A stretch of 64,000 nucleotides of DNA, taken from Brevundimonas sp. Its GTDB lineage: Bacteria; Pseudomonadota; Alphaproteobacteria; Caulobacterales; Caulobacteraceae. The translations under genes were made by a program, and so were the position numbers. Each line of letters opens with the position of its first letter. The first letter of the stretch is position 1. The stretch spans positions 46,291-110,290 of the forward strand of contig JAPZRF010000002.1 of assembly GCA_027531145.1 (NCBI GenBank), written 5' to 3'. The notes beneath the pieces are model-generated. The model saw nothing but the letters and a program-made list of their open reading frames with translations, was not told where the DNA came from and ran no database searches. Of this stretch, positions 9,606 through 19,408 are shown in pieces.

Positions 9606-9620
9606 GAACCGGTTCTGAAC
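9606..9620 (-). promoter_or_regulatory. LexA-box-like GTTC-N7-GTTC overlapping an EcfG/sigmaT-like GAAC-N17-CGTT upstream of ynbE
   Basis: Plus strand GAAC-CGGTTCT-GAAC at 9606-9620; minus strand AGAAC(9616-9612)-N17-CGTT(9594-9591). Confidence 0.45.
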
Positions 9621-9644
9621 GAGCCACAGGACCCTGTCGAGGCG

Positions 9645-12600
9645 TCACGGCGTCGCCGTCCCGCGACGCGCCCGGTCCAGCGCGATCAGGTCGGCGAACA
9701 GCTCGTCGGCGTTGAAGTCCAGATCCAGGGTCAGGTCGATCTCCGTGCCCGACGGCAGCGGCAGGGGCTTGTCGGTGAAGCGCCGCCGGATCAGGTCCAT
9801 CCAGCTCAGCCGTATCTCCTGCCGCTGCGGCGGGTCGTGGCGGCCGTCGACATGGAAGCGAAGGCGCATGCGCCCGTCGCCGACGCTGTCGATGCGCGCC
9901 GTGAGGCTGTCGTAGGCGAGATTCTCCATGGCCTGGTAGGCGAGGTCCTCGACCATGTTCGGCGGGGCCCCCTCGCCGCCCCCACCCGCCGTCACCTGGC
10001 TCAGCGCCGAGCGCGGGATCGACAGCCGGCCGGGCGCGATCGCCGCCAGCAGGCCGTTAGTGAGGCGCAGCCGGCCATCCTCCAGCCGCGTGAACGGCAG
10101 ACGGCCGGAAACGCGAGCGTCGATGCGGATGTCCTCGCCCAGCCCGAGGGTGCGCAGGATCTCGCCCAGCTCCACCCCCTCAAAGGTCAGGACCCCGTTC
10201 AGCGGCGCGCCAGGGGTCAGGGGAGCGTCGAACGGCTCGACGCGGATGAGGCCGCCGGCCGCCGTGGCCCGGCCGCCCTCGATCCGCACCCGGTCCTCGG
10301 CCAGGGTGAAGGTCACGGCCAGGTCGTTGAGGGGGGCGAAGGCCGCCACCGCCTCGGCGGTCAGCCGCTGGCCCGGATCGGTGGTCAGTGGTGCCAGACT
10401 GTCGAACGCGATCGCGCTGTTCAGCCCCTCGACCCGGCCCAGCGGGCTGTCGAAGGCCAGGCCCCGCGCCTCGGCTGCACCGCGGCTGGTCGCCCCCGCC
10501 GGCGTCCAGTCGAAGCGGCCGGCGAAGCGCGCCTCGCCCTCCACCACGCCGGTGATGAAGTCAGCGCCCAGCGGCGTCAGGTCCGCCCGCTGCAGCCCCC
10601 GTGCCGTGAAGGTCAGGGCCGGCGTGTCCAAAGTCAGGGCACCGACCCCGGTGCGCCCGTCGTGGCGCAGCAGGGCGGTGGCCACCGGCCCCGGTGCCCG
10701 CGCCGCCGCCGCCTCGGGCGCGAGGTCGAAGCGGCCTTCCCAGGTCTCGTCGCTCAGCGCCACGGCACCGGTCGCCGCCAGGGTCTCGAACCGGCGCGGC
10801 TCGGCCAGGTCGATCAGCCGGCCGCTCAGGGCCGGGGCGGACAGGCTCAGCGCCCGCCCGCCGCGCACCATCAAGGGCCCGCGCGCGGCCTCCACCGCGG
10901 CGACAAGACCGGGCAGGTGCGCCGCCCCGTCCTGCAGTCCGGCCGTAAGGGTCCAGCCGCCGTCCGCGATCTGCAGGAACGGCCGCGCTTCCCGGCCGGT
11001 CAGCGGACACAGGATTCCGCGCGCCGCCTCGGCGTCATTCCCGCCCAGCTCGAGCCGTGCCGCCGTCACCGCGAGGCAGCCCTCGGGCCGGAACATGAGT
11101 CCCGCAGCACCGGTGGCCAGGGTCCCCGCCGCCGTCAGGGTCAGGGCCTCCGCCGGGGCAAGGTCCAGCGCCGCCCGGCCGCGCACCTCGGCGACCACCC
11201 CCTCGCCCTGCAGCCGCCAGCGCGGGATCGTGGCTTCCAGTACCGGCAGCGGTCCGCCCGCGGCCGAGGTCAGGCCCAGTGCTCCGCCGCCGTCTGCCGA
11301 GGCATAGAGCGGCCGCCCCGGCAGGGCCGTCACCGTCAGCCGCCCGCCGGCCGCCGGGATCGCCGTCAGGGTCTGGCCGAGGTCGAGCCGCACCGTTCCC
11401 GCCGCGGCGCTAAGCCGCAGGCTCGGGGCCGTGACCCTCAGGTCGGCGAGGGCCCGCTTCATGCCGGTGATCTCCGGCGCGTCCCCGGCGGCCGGGGCCC
11501 CGAGCAGCGGCCAGGCCGCCCGCCCGTCGAGGCCGCCCTCGAACCCGGCGATCAGCGTCTCCCCCGCCCTCAGGTCCAGCCGGCCGCGCCCGGTGACATC
11601 GGACAGCTCCAGAGCCCCTGACTGCAGCCGCCGCGCCGCCAGGCTCACCGGGCCAGCGCTCTCGACCACGCCGCCGAGCCCGTCCAGGCCGATCCGGGTC
11701 GCGCTCACGACCGCGGTCTCCAGCACCAGACCGGGCCCGACCGCCCGGTCGGCCGCCAGCCGCACCGGCCCGTCGAGGTGCCAGGCAAGGCCCTCGGGCT
11801 CCCGCGTCATTCGGCCCGCGCCGGAAAGGGTCGCCGACGGCCGGGTCAGCCGCGTCTCGCCCGCCTGTCCGCCGGCCGCCGTCAGGCTCGCCACAACGTC
11901 GCCCGCAAAGGCCGGCGCGGTGCCGCTCAGGTCCTCCAGCCGGCCATCGACCGTGATCTCGCCGCGGCTGTCGTCCAGGCCAAGGCGGCCCAGCGTCAGG
12001 CGCGCCGCCGCCACCGACAAAGCCAGCCGCGCCGCGCCCGCGCCCGGGCCAATGCCCTCGGCCACCGCCGGCGCGTCCAGCGCCAGAGCCACCGTCGCCG
12101 CCTCGCCGGCCAGGCCGGCCGCGGCCCCCGTCAGGCCATCGACCCGCCCGCGCACCGCCAGCCGGGTCCCGACCGTGGCCGCGCCCAGCCGTAGCCGGTC
12201 GATCACCGCCCGGCCCTCTGGGCCGACCAGTCGCAACTGTGTCGCTTCGAGACTCGCCCGGCGCAGCCGTCCATCCTGAAGCGAGGCGTCGACCTGCACC
12301 TCGAAAGACCCCCACGGGGTCGCCAGCACGACCGTGCCGTCCTGCACCTCGATCTCCGGCTCCGGCACGTCCGGATCCGCCGGCGTCCTCGTCAGTCGCT
12401 GCGCCAGACGGTCCAGCGCCCCGAGGTCGAGCTTCCCGTCGCGCCAGCCGGCGCGCAGCCGCGGCTCGATCAGGGCGATGCGGGATGGCCTCAGCGAAAG
12501 CCCCCCGGCCCGGGGGGCGATCAGGCCGAAGTCGACCTCGATCCGCGCCACCGTCAGGTCCGGGGCCGACTCCGGCCCCAGCCGCACCCGCCCGGCCGCC

Positions 12601-12797
12601 CCGTCGACCCCGACCCGATCGAGGGTGACGTCCGACGCCACGCCCTGCGCCGCCAGCCAGCGTTCGAGCGCCGCCTCGGCCAACGGCCCGCGGCCCAGCC
12701 AGACGGCTCCGAGGCCCGCCGCGAACAGCAGCACCGCGGCCGACGCGGTCGCCGGCACCCGGCGGCGACGGACAGGTTTCAGATCAGGTGCGGTCAA
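9645..12797 (-). CDS. ydbH: YdbH family AsmA-like intermembrane lipid transport protein
   Basis: 1050 aa with N-terminal TM, beta-taenia-like low-complexity body, C-terminal GRLPF, AMENLAYDSL and FHVDGRHDP; upstream of ynbE/ydbL. Confidence 0.85.
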   Translation of the reverse strand: MTAPDLKPVRRRRVPATASAAVLLFAAGLGAVWLGRGPLAEAALERWLAAQGVASDVTLDRVGVDGAAGRVRLGPESAPDLTVARIEVDFGLIAPRAGGLSLRPSRIALIEPRLRAGWRDGKLDLGALDRLAQRLTRTPADPDVPEPEIEVQDGTVVLATPWGSFEVQVDASLQDGRLRRASLEATQLRLVGPEGRAVIDRLRLGAATVGTRLAVRGRVDGLTGAAAGLAGEAATVALALDAPAVAEGIGPGAGAARLALSVAAARLTLGRLGLDDSRGEITVDGRLEDLSGTAPAFAGDVVASLTAAGGQAGETRLTRPSATLSGAGRMTREPEGLAWHLDGPVRLAADRAVGPGLVLETAVVSATRIGLDGLGGVVESAGPVSLAARRLQSGALELSDVTGRGRLDLRAGETLIAGFEGGLDGRAAWPLLGAPAAGDAPEITGMKRALADLRVTAPSLRLSAAAGTVRLDLGQTLTAIPAAGGRLTVTALPGRPLYASADGGGALGLTSAAGGPLPVLEATIPRWRLQGEGVVAEVRGRAALDLAPAEALTLTAAGTLATGAAGLMFRPEGCLAVTAARLELGGNDAEAARGILCPLTGREARPFLQIADGGWTLTAGLQDGAAHLPGLVAAVEAARGPLMVRGGRALSLSAPALSGRLIDLAEPRRFETLAATGAVALSDETWEGRFDLAPEAAAARAPGPVATALLRHDGRTGVGALTLDTPALTFTARGLQRADLTPLGADFITGVVEGEARFAGRFDWTPAGATSRGAAEARGLAFDSPLGRVEGLNSAIAFDSLAPLTTDPGQRLTAEAVAAFAPLNDLAVTFTLAEDRVRIEGGRATAAGGLIRVEPFDAPLTPGAPLNGVLTFEGVELGEILRTLGLGEDIRIDARVSGRLPFTRLEDGRLRLTNGLLAAIAPGRLSIPRSALSQVTAGGGGEGAPPNMVEDLAYQAMENLAYDSLTARIDSVGDGRMRLRFHVDGRHDPPQRQEIRLSWMDLIRRRFTDKPLPLPSGTEIDLTLDLDFNADELFADLIALDRARRGTATP

Positions 12798-13111
12798 GAC
12801 TGTGTGTTTCTCGCATCACATGGGCGTGTCTTGTGGGTCACTTTGAATAGTATAGCCCATACTATCTGCAACAGGGGCGACGCATCATGTCAGCACATCG
12901 TTTGCGGGGCGCGCACATCTTGGACACAGTTCCCGAAGCCACCGGATTCCCACGGTCACGCCGGTTAACCGTTTGTAACCACCGTCTTCCCAAGATGATA
13001 CGGGCAGGCTATACACCTCCCCCTCGGAGCTGGGGGCACCTTGGCACCGACCCTGCACCAGTCTGCGTACCGTACCCAGGCGCTGCCCGCGCCGTCGAAT
13101 GCCGGGGACCG

Positions 13112-14509
13112 ATGGCTCAGTTTGATCCGCGCCGCCAGCCGATGCGTCTTGCTCCCCACGTGTTCACCGCAGTGGCGGCGGTGAGCGTCGCCCTGCTGGC
13201 TGGACGCATATACCAGCCGGCTGAAGCGACCGCCGAAGAGTCTGGCGTGATGCGGCTGACGGACGATCAGGTAGCGGCACTGGAAGCCCGGGCCTTCGTG
13301 GCGGCCGGCGCGCCGGAGGGCCTCGGGGCCCTCGAGGCGATTCCGGTCGAGGTGCGGCGCGGCGAGAGCTTCGAGGATGCGGTGATGCGCACCGGCGTGG
13401 AGGCGGATGACGCCCGCGCCCTGGTCGCCACCGTCGCCAACGCCTTTGACGTGTCGCGCATCGAGGCCGGCCTGCGCTTCGAGACGGCCGTGGCGAAGCC
13501 GCGCATCGGCCGCGGTTCGGCCCGCCTCGTGGGCATGACCATGCGCACCGGGCCCGCCAGCCAACTGACCGTGTCGCGCAGCTTCGACGGTGCCCTGAAG
13601 GTCCGCGCCCTCGAGGAAAAGGTCACCCGCGAGACCCTCGTCGCCACCGGCGAGATTTCCGGCTCGCTGGCAGCCTCGGCCCGGCGGGTCGGGGCCACCA
13701 CGCCGATCGTGCGCAAGATCTCCCAGATCTTCGCCCACAAGTTTGACTTCGACCGCGACATCCGTCGCGGCGACGACTTCACCCTGGTGTTCGACCGCGC
13801 CGTCACCGAGAACGGCCGCACCATCGAGACCGGCGACCTGCTGTACGCCCAGATCAAGGGCCAGGTCTTCTACCGCTTCCAGCCGGCCGGTGCCCGTGAG
13901 GCGCAGTACTTTGACGCCACCGGCAAGAACACCCGCTCGGCCTTCATGCGTACCCCCATCGACCGCGCCCGGGTCAGCTCCAGCTTCGGCATGCGCCGCC
14001 ACCCGATCGCCGGCTACCAGCGCATGCACCAGGGCATCGACTTCGCCGCCCCGACAGGTACCCCGATCATCGCCCCGGCCGACGGCGTGGTGGTAGAGGC
14101 CCGCCGCTGGGGCGGCTACGGCAACTGGCTGCGCATCCGCCACTCCAATGGCCTGGAGACCGGCTACGCCCACCTGTCACGCTATGCCTCGGGCATGCGT
14201 CCCGGCCAGCGCGTGCGTCAGGGCCAGGTGGTCGCCTATGTCGGCTCGACCGGTGCGTCGACAGGTCCGCACCTCCACTACGAGGTCTGGCGCCGGGGCC
14301 AGCGCATCAATCCTGCCAGCATCCGCGTCGAGGAAGGCACCGTCCTCGCCGGCGCCGACCTGGCTGCCTTCCGCGCCGAGAAGGCCCGTATCGACCGTAT
14401 CATCGCCGCCGGTGGCGAGCGTCGCCCGGAGGTGGTCCAGGCTACCGTCCGGGGCCTGCGTTCGGTCGAGAACGCGGCGGCAGCTTCTCCGGTGCCCGTC
14501 CGCGGCTGA
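13112..14509 (+). CDS. M23/LytM metalloendopeptidase (MepM-like)
   Basis: HQGID, YAHL and GPHLHYE zinc motifs intact; N-terminal TM; start reset to MAQFDP. Confidence 0.9.
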   Translation: MAQFDPRRQPMRLAPHVFTAVAAVSVALLAGRIYQPAEATAEESGVMRLTDDQVAALEARAFVAAGAPEGLGALEAIPVEVRRGESFEDAVMRTGVEADDARALVATVANAFDVSRIEAGLRFETAVAKPRIGRGSARLVGMTMRTGPASQLTVSRSFDGALKVRALEEKVTRETLVATGEISGSLAASARRVGATTPIVRKISQIFAHKFDFDRDIRRGDDFTLVFDRAVTENGRTIETGDLLYAQIKGQVFYRFQPAGAREAQYFDATGKNTRSAFMRTPIDRARVSSSFGMRRHPIAGYQRMHQGIDFAAPTGTPIIAPADGVVVEARRWGGYGNWLRIRHSNGLETGYAHLSRYASGMRPGQRVRQGQVVAYVGSTGASTGPHLHYEVWRRGQRINPASIRVEEGTVLAGADLAAFRAEKARIDRIIAAGGERRPEVVQATVRGLRSVENAAAASPVPVRG

Positions 14510-14533
14510 TCCCGGTCTCCGGGTGTTGGGCGG

Positions 14534-14549
14534 TAAACAGCCGCTTAAC
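14534..14549 (+). promoter_or_regulatory. CtrA-like site TAAA-N7-TTAAC upstream of ftsK
   Basis: One mismatch to TTAA-N7-TTAAC; a GANTC (GATTC) site lies at 14591-14595. Confidence 0.5.
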
Positions 14550-14603
14550 CCTGACGCGCGCAGATAGGGCTCCGTTCCACGTCGGCCGGAGATTCCGTTC
14601 GCC

Positions 14604-17036
14604 ATGACTGCCGTCGACCTCGGCCTGCGCACCGTCGCCCAGGCGCACGCCGTGTGGCGCGCCCCGGTCGTCGCCCGCTTCCGAAGCGCCCTGCTGGCCG
14701 TCGTGGCCATGCTGACCCTCCTCGCCCTCGCGTCCTGGAACCCGGCGGACCCCAGCCTCAACGCCGCCTCGGGCCTGGCTCCGTCAAACTGGCTCGGAAC
14801 GCAGGGGGCTACGCTCGCCGATCTGGTCATGCAGGCCCTCGGCCTCGCCGCCTGGCCCGCCGCCCTGCTGCTGCTGGCCTTCGGAACCGCCCGGGCCCTC
14901 GCTGGCGCGGTGTCCAGCCGGCTCAACGCCGGGACGGGCAGGGTCCAGGCCGCCGCCGGCGGCGTTGTCGCCCTCGCCGCCGCCCTCTCGGCCCTCGCGG
15001 CACCCGCCGCCTGGCCGATCGCCGCCGGCCTCGGCGGCCTCGCCGGGGACGTCCTCGTCTGGGCCGTCAGCACCGCCGTCAGCAGCCTCGGCCTGGCGGG
15101 CGGCCGGCTGGTCGCCGGCCTGATCGCCGCGCCCCTCGCCCTCGGCCTGCTCGCCTTCGCCCTCGGCCTGACCTTGCAAGATGTGGGCGAAACCATGGCC
15201 TGGCTGCGCGGGGGTGCCGCTGCGCGTCCGGCCGCCTCCTCCGCCGCCACCGCGAAGCGCCCGGGCCGCAGCCGCGCCCGCACGACCACCGCAGAGACCC
15301 CGGCCCGCGCCGCCACGCCCGCGCCCGGCCGCGCCCTCGACCGCGCCTTCGCCGATGACGCCCTGGACGCCGGGGACGAGGATACGCCGCCGTGGGACGC
15401 GCCCACCCCGGCCGCCGCCGCGCGCCCTGCCCCCGGCCCGGCGGCCGAGCCGCGCGTGGCCGCCATCAAGGCCCCGAAGCCGGCCCGCAAGGACGTCGAC
15501 GACGCCCAGCAGGCCTTCGACTTCGCCCGCCCCTCGACCGGCTTCGACCTGCCGCCCCTGGCCATGCTGGCCAAGCCGACCCGGCGCGTCGGCTCGGTCG
15601 ACGAGGCCGCCCTCAAGGCCAACGCCCGGATGCTCGAGGGCGTGCTGCAGGAGTTCGGCGTGCGCGGCGTGATCGACCAGATCCGCCCCGGCCCGGTCGT
15701 CACCCTCTACGAGCTGGTCCCCGCCCCCGGTATCAAGCACGGGCGCGTCGTGGCCCTCGCGGACGACATCGCCCGCTCCATGTCCGCCCGCGCCTGCCGC
15801 ATCTCCGTGGTCCAGGGCCGCAACGCCATCGGCATCGAGCTGCCCAATGCCCGGCGCGAGACCGTCTATCTGCGCGACCTGCTGGCCTCGTCGGAATACG
15901 CCAAACCCGGCCACCTGCTGCCGCTGGCGCTGGGCGAGACCATCGGCGGCGAGCCCTATGTCGCCGACCTGGCGCGCATGCCCCACCTGCTGATCGCCGG
16001 CACCACCGGCTCGGGCAAGTCGGTCGGCGTCAACGCCATGATCCTGTCGATCCTCTACCGGCACAGCCCGGCGGAGTGCCGCTTCATCATGATCGACCCG
16101 AAGATGCTGGAGCTCAGCGTCTACGACGGCATCCCGCACCTGCTGGCCCCCGTCGTGACCGACCCGAAGAAGGCCGTCGTCGCGCTGAAGTGGACCGTGC
16201 GCGAGATGGAGGACCGCTATCGCCGCATGTCGAAGCTCGGCGTGCGCAACATTGCCTCCTACAACGAGCGCGCCCGCGAGGCCCTGGCCAAGGGCGAGCA
16301 CTTCGAACGCACCGTCCAGACCGGCTTCGACGAGCAGGGCCGGCCCGTCTACGAGTCCGAGAAGATTCGCCCCGAGCCCATGCCCTATCTGGTCGTGGTG
16401 ATGGACGAGATGGCCGACCTGATGCTGGTCGCCGGCAAGGACGTCGAGGGCGCGGTGCAGCGCCTCGCCCAGATGGCCCGCGCCGCCGGCATCCACCTGG
16501 TGATGGCCACCCAGCGCCCCTCGGTCGACGTCATCACCGGCACCATCAAGGCCAACTTCCCGACCCGGATCAGCTTCCAGGTCACCTCCAGGATCGACAG
16601 CCGCACCATCCTCGGCGAGCAGGGCGGCGAGCAGCTGCTGGGCCAGGGCGACATGCTCTACATGGCCGGCGGCGGCCGCATCACCCGTCTGCACGGCCCC
16701 TTCGTCACCGACCAGGAGGTCGAGGAGGTCTGCAAGCACCTGCGCAGTCAGGGCGAGCCGGAGTATCTCGAGGCCATCACCGACGGCGGCGATGACGAGG
16801 AGGGCGGCGGGGTCGGCGAGTTCGGCGGCGGCGGCGACGGGTCCGAGGACCTCTACGACCGCGCCGTGGCCGTGGTCACCCGCGACCGCAAGGCCTCGAC
16901 CTCCTACGTCCAGCGCCGCCTGCAGATCGGCTACAACCGCGCCGCCTCCCTGATCGAGCGGATGGAGCAGGAAGGCGTCGTAAGCCCCGCCAACCACGCC
17001 GGCAAGCGCGACGTGCTGGCGGGACCGCCGCCGTAG
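14604..17036 (+). CDS. ftsK: DNA translocase FtsK
   Basis: N-terminal TMs, Walker [31 protein letters not shown] and gamma domain LQIGYNRAA. Confidence 0.97.
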   Translation: MTAVDLGLRTVAQAHAVWRAPVVARFRSALLAVVAMLTLLALASWNPADPSLNAASGLAPSNWLGTQGATLADLVMQALGLAAWPAALLLLAFGTARALAGAVSSRLNAGTGRVQAAAGGVVALAAALSALAAPAAWPIAAGLGGLAGDVLVWAVSTAVSSLGLAGGRLVAGLIAAPLALGLLAFALGLTLQDVGETMAWLRGGAAARPAASSAATAKRPGRSRARTTTAETPARAATPAPGRALDRAFADDALDAGDEDTPPWDAPTPAAAARPAPGPAAEPRVAAIKAPKPARKDVDDAQQAFDFARPSTGFDLPPLAMLAKPTRRVGSVDEAALKANARMLEGVLQEFGVRGVIDQIRPGPVVTLYELVPAPGIKHGRVVALADDIARSMSARACRISVVQGRNAIGIELPNARRETVYLRDLLASSEYAKPGHLLPLALGETIGGEPYVADLARMPHLLIAGTTGSGKSVGVNAMILSILYRHSPAECRFIMIDPKMLELSVYDGIPHLLAPVVTDPKKAVVALKWTVREMEDRYRRMSKLGVRNIASYNERAREALAKGEHFERTVQTGFDEQGRPVYESEKIRPEPMPYLVVVMDEMADLMLVAGKDVEGAVQRLAQMARAAGIHLVMATQRPSVDVITGTIKANFPTRISFQVTSRIDSRTILGEQGGEQLLGQGDMLYMAGGGRITRLHGPFVTDQEVEEVCKHLRSQGEPEYLEAITDGGDDEEGGGVGEFGGGGDGSEDLYDRAVAVVTRDRKASTSYVQRRLQIGYNRAASLIERMEQEGVVSPANHAGKRDVLAGPPP

Positions 17037-17063
17037 GGGGAAGCCCTGTCACGCCGCCCGCCC

Positions 17064-17216
17064 TCATTCCTCCCCCGCAGGGGGAGGTGGATCGCCGCGC
17101 AGCGGCGAGACGGAGGGGGGATGAGCGCTGCGGTCGCAGATCGCCCCCTTCCACCACGCTGCGCGTGGTCCCGCTCGCCCTGCGGGGGAGGAATGGGAGC
17201 CCGATCCGACAGTTCC
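17064..17216. repeat. REP/CIR-like composite palindromic intergenic repeat
   Basis: Core GGGGAGGTGGATCGCCGCGCAGCGGCGAGACGGAGGGG (17081-17118) recurs with one mismatch at 26130-26167 and reversed near 57868-57918. Confidence 0.8.
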
Positions 17217-17375
17217 GCTTCGCCTCGCTGCGTCCACCGGGATGCCCTGAACCGCAGCCCCCCATGAACGCCCGCTCATCCGGCCGCCGGAATATGGTCA
17301 AGGCGGTGCCGCGCCCTTGCCGCGGGTCGCGCGTTATGTGCACTCGGTCACAGCCGCCAGGAGGTTCCAGACCCC

Positions 17376-18017
17376 ATGACCGCCCGCCTCACCGACCGTC
17401 GCACCCTGACCCTGTCAGGCTTCGCCCTGCTGTTCGCCGGCCCGGCGCTGGCGCAATCCGCCGGCCTTTCCGCCGAGGACCGCGCCGTGGTGGCTGAGGC
17501 CCAGAGCTATTTCCAGGGCCTGTCGGCGGCCAGGGGCAGCTTCAGCGAGACCGGCCCGGGCGGGCAGCAGCGCACCGGCGAGTTCTGGCTGCAGCGGCCC
17601 GGTCGCATGCGCTTCGAGTACACCGAGCCGGCCGGGCTGCTCGTCGTGTCGGACGGGTACAACGTCAAGCGCTATGATCCCCGACTGGAGACCTTCCAGC
17701 AGGTGCCGCTTGGCCAGACGCCGCTGTCGACCTTCCTCGCCCGCAATGTCCGGCTGGACGAGGGCGTGCGCATCGACCGCGTCACCCGTATGCCATCCGG
17801 AGCCTTCGCCATCATCGCCCGCGACGCGCGCCGGCCCCATGAGGGCGCGGTGGTGCTGGCCTTCGCCGGCAGCCCGATGCGCCTGCAGGAGTGGACTATC
17901 ATCGACGGCCAGGGCCAGCGTACCCGCACCCGGCTGACCCGGCTGGAGCCCGCCTCGGGCCTCGCCGCCAGCCTCTTCCAGCTGCAGGATCCGACGCGTC
18001 CCCCCGGCCGAAACTGA
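17376..18017 (+). CDS. lolA: Outer-membrane lipoprotein carrier LolA
   Basis: LQRPGRMRFEY, VSDG and PLGQTPL; canonical ftsK-lolA order. Confidence 0.9.
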   Translation: MTARLTDRRTLTLSGFALLFAGPALAQSAGLSAEDRAVVAEAQSYFQGLSAARGSFSETGPGGQQRTGEFWLQRPGRMRFEYTEPAGLLVVSDGYNVKRYDPRLETFQQVPLGQTPLSTFLARNVRLDEGVRIDRVTRMPSGAFAIIARDARRPHEGAVVLAFAGSPMRLQEWTIIDGQGQRTRTRLTRLEPASGLAASLFQLQDPTRPPGRN

Positions 18018-18033
18018 GTACGATCACTTTTAT

Positions 18034-18057
18034 GTGACAGTTTGGACACGCTGTCAC
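18034..18057. promoter_or_regulatory. Perfect inverted repeat GTGACAG-N10-CTGTCAC, candidate operator
   Basis: Read directly from the sequence, about 17 bp upstream of a TTGAAG -35-like hexamer (18074-18079). Confidence 0.55.
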
Positions 18058-18107
18058 CCCGAGTCGATTTTCCTTGAAGTTTGGCCTTGGACGTGACATA
18101 AGCACCA

Positions 18108-18217
18108 CAGGACGGCGGCGGTCGTCCTTTGCCCGACTCGGTCAATCCCCTCCCGATGACGGCGTGAGAGAGAGACGGACTGGAAGGCGTCCGGGGCAAC
18201 CCGGGCGCCTTCTTTTT
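18108..18217 (+). ncRNA. Candidate ~110-nt small RNA
   Basis: Promoter-like TTGAAG...CATAAG, 5' hairpin AGGACG/CGTCCT, CCCCTCCC at 18147-18154, 13-bp GCAA-loop terminator followed by T5; no ORF. Confidence 0.55.
18183..18217 (+). terminator. Rho-independent terminator
   Basis: GAAGGCGTCCGGG-GCAA-CCCGGGCGCCTTC-TTTTT. Confidence 0.85.
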
Positions 18218-18227
18218 CGGGCCGACG

Positions 18228-18545
18228 TCTTCCTTCTCCCCTTGTGGGAAAAGGTGTCATGCGGAGCATGACGGTTGAGGGGTGTCAGCGCCGACGCCGG
18301 GCGCGTGTCCTCGCCGTCGAAGGTTCGTCACAACGACTACAGAGAAGACACAGAGGGCACAACGGCGTCGCGACCGCCGTGTGCCTCTCCCTTCCCCCTT
18401 GAGGGGGGAAGGGTCGGGGATGGGGGTGGAGGCACCGTCAGGCAAAGACCTGGCGCCGGAGGCGGTGGGGCCTCCTTCGGGCGCCCGTCACCCGTGTGAT
18501 CCCACCCCCACCCAAACCCTCCCCCTTGCGGGGCAGGGCTTTCGC
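18228..18545. repeat. Cluster of REP/CIR-like palindromes
   Basis: Several CTCCC/TCCCC...GGG(G)A(G) hairpins, e.g. CTTCTCCCCTTGTGGGAAAAGG and CCCTTCCCCCTTGAGGGGGGAAGGG. Confidence 0.7.
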
Positions 18546-18587
18546 TCTGGAGCGCCGCCCACCCCCCGAATCTGCTACCCCTGCCCC

Positions 18588-19382
18588 ATGCTTCGCGTCG
18601 CCACCTGGAACATCAATTCCGTCCGGCTTAGGATCGACCAGGTCGCGCGCTTCGTCGCCGAGGCCCGGCCCGACGTCCTGTGCCTGCAGGAGATCAAGTG
18701 CCGGGAGGGCGAGTTCCCCGCCGAGGCCTTCGCAGCCATGGGCCTGCCGTATCTGCGCATCGCCGGCCAGAAGGGCTGGCACGGCGTGGCCATCGCCAGC
18801 GCCCGGCCAATCCGCGATGCGCCCCGGCTGGAGGTCTGCCGCGAGGGCCACGCCCGCTGCGTCGGGGGCGTGGTCGCCGGCGTCGAGATCCAGAACTTCT
18901 ACGTCCCCGCCGGCGGCGACCTGCCGGACCGGGCGCTGAACCCCAAGTTCGACCACAAGCTGGACTTCTACGAGCGCCTGGCCGCTGACGTGGCCCGTCG
19001 CGACCGCGCCGCGCCCCTGGTCCTCGCCGGCGACCTGAACATCGCGCCCGGCGAGAACGATGTCTGGAACCACCGCTACATGTCGAAGGTGGTCAGCCAC
19101 ACCCCGGTCGAGGTCGAGACCCTGACCCGGTTGCAGGCCGCGGGCGGCTTCGCGGATGTGGTGCGCGACGCCTTTCCCGACCCGCAGAAGCTGGCCAGCT
19201 GGTGGAGCTATCGCGCCGCCGACTTCCGCAAGAGCGCGCGGGGCCTGCGGCTCGACCATCTCTGGACCTCCCCCGGACTGACTCCCGGCGTCGTCCCCGC
19301 CTCGGCCCGCATCCACGAGGACGTCCGCGCCTGGGAGCGCCCCAGCGACCACGCCCCGGTCACCGTCGATCTGGCCCTCTGA
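18588..19382 (+). CDS. xth: Exodeoxyribonuclease III
   Basis: [33 protein letters not shown] and SDHAPV. Confidence 0.95.
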   Translation: MLRVATWNINSVRLRIDQVARFVAEARPDVLCLQEIKCREGEFPAEAFAAMGLPYLRIAGQKGWHGVAIASARPIRDAPRLEVCREGHARCVGGVVAGVEIQNFYVPAGGDLPDRALNPKFDHKLDFYERLAADVARRDRAAPLVLAGDLNIAPGENDVWNHRYMSKVVSHTPVEVETLTRLQAAGGFADVVRDAFPDPQKLASWWSYRAADFRKSARGLRLDHLWTSPGLTPGVVPASARIHEDVRAWERPSDHAPVTVDLAL

Positions 19383-19408
19383 GCCGTTTGCGCCTATGGC
19401 GCGGACCC

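Noticed and set aside
17064-18545. Possible CRISPR array
   Set aside because: The repeats are imperfect, irregularly spaced palindromes with no constant repeat-spacer period, and no cas genes are present.
18282-18587. In-frame N-terminal extension of Xth through the REP cluster
   Set aside because: The family start MLRVATWN is at 18588; the extension is repeat-derived low-complexity sequence with no good RBS.
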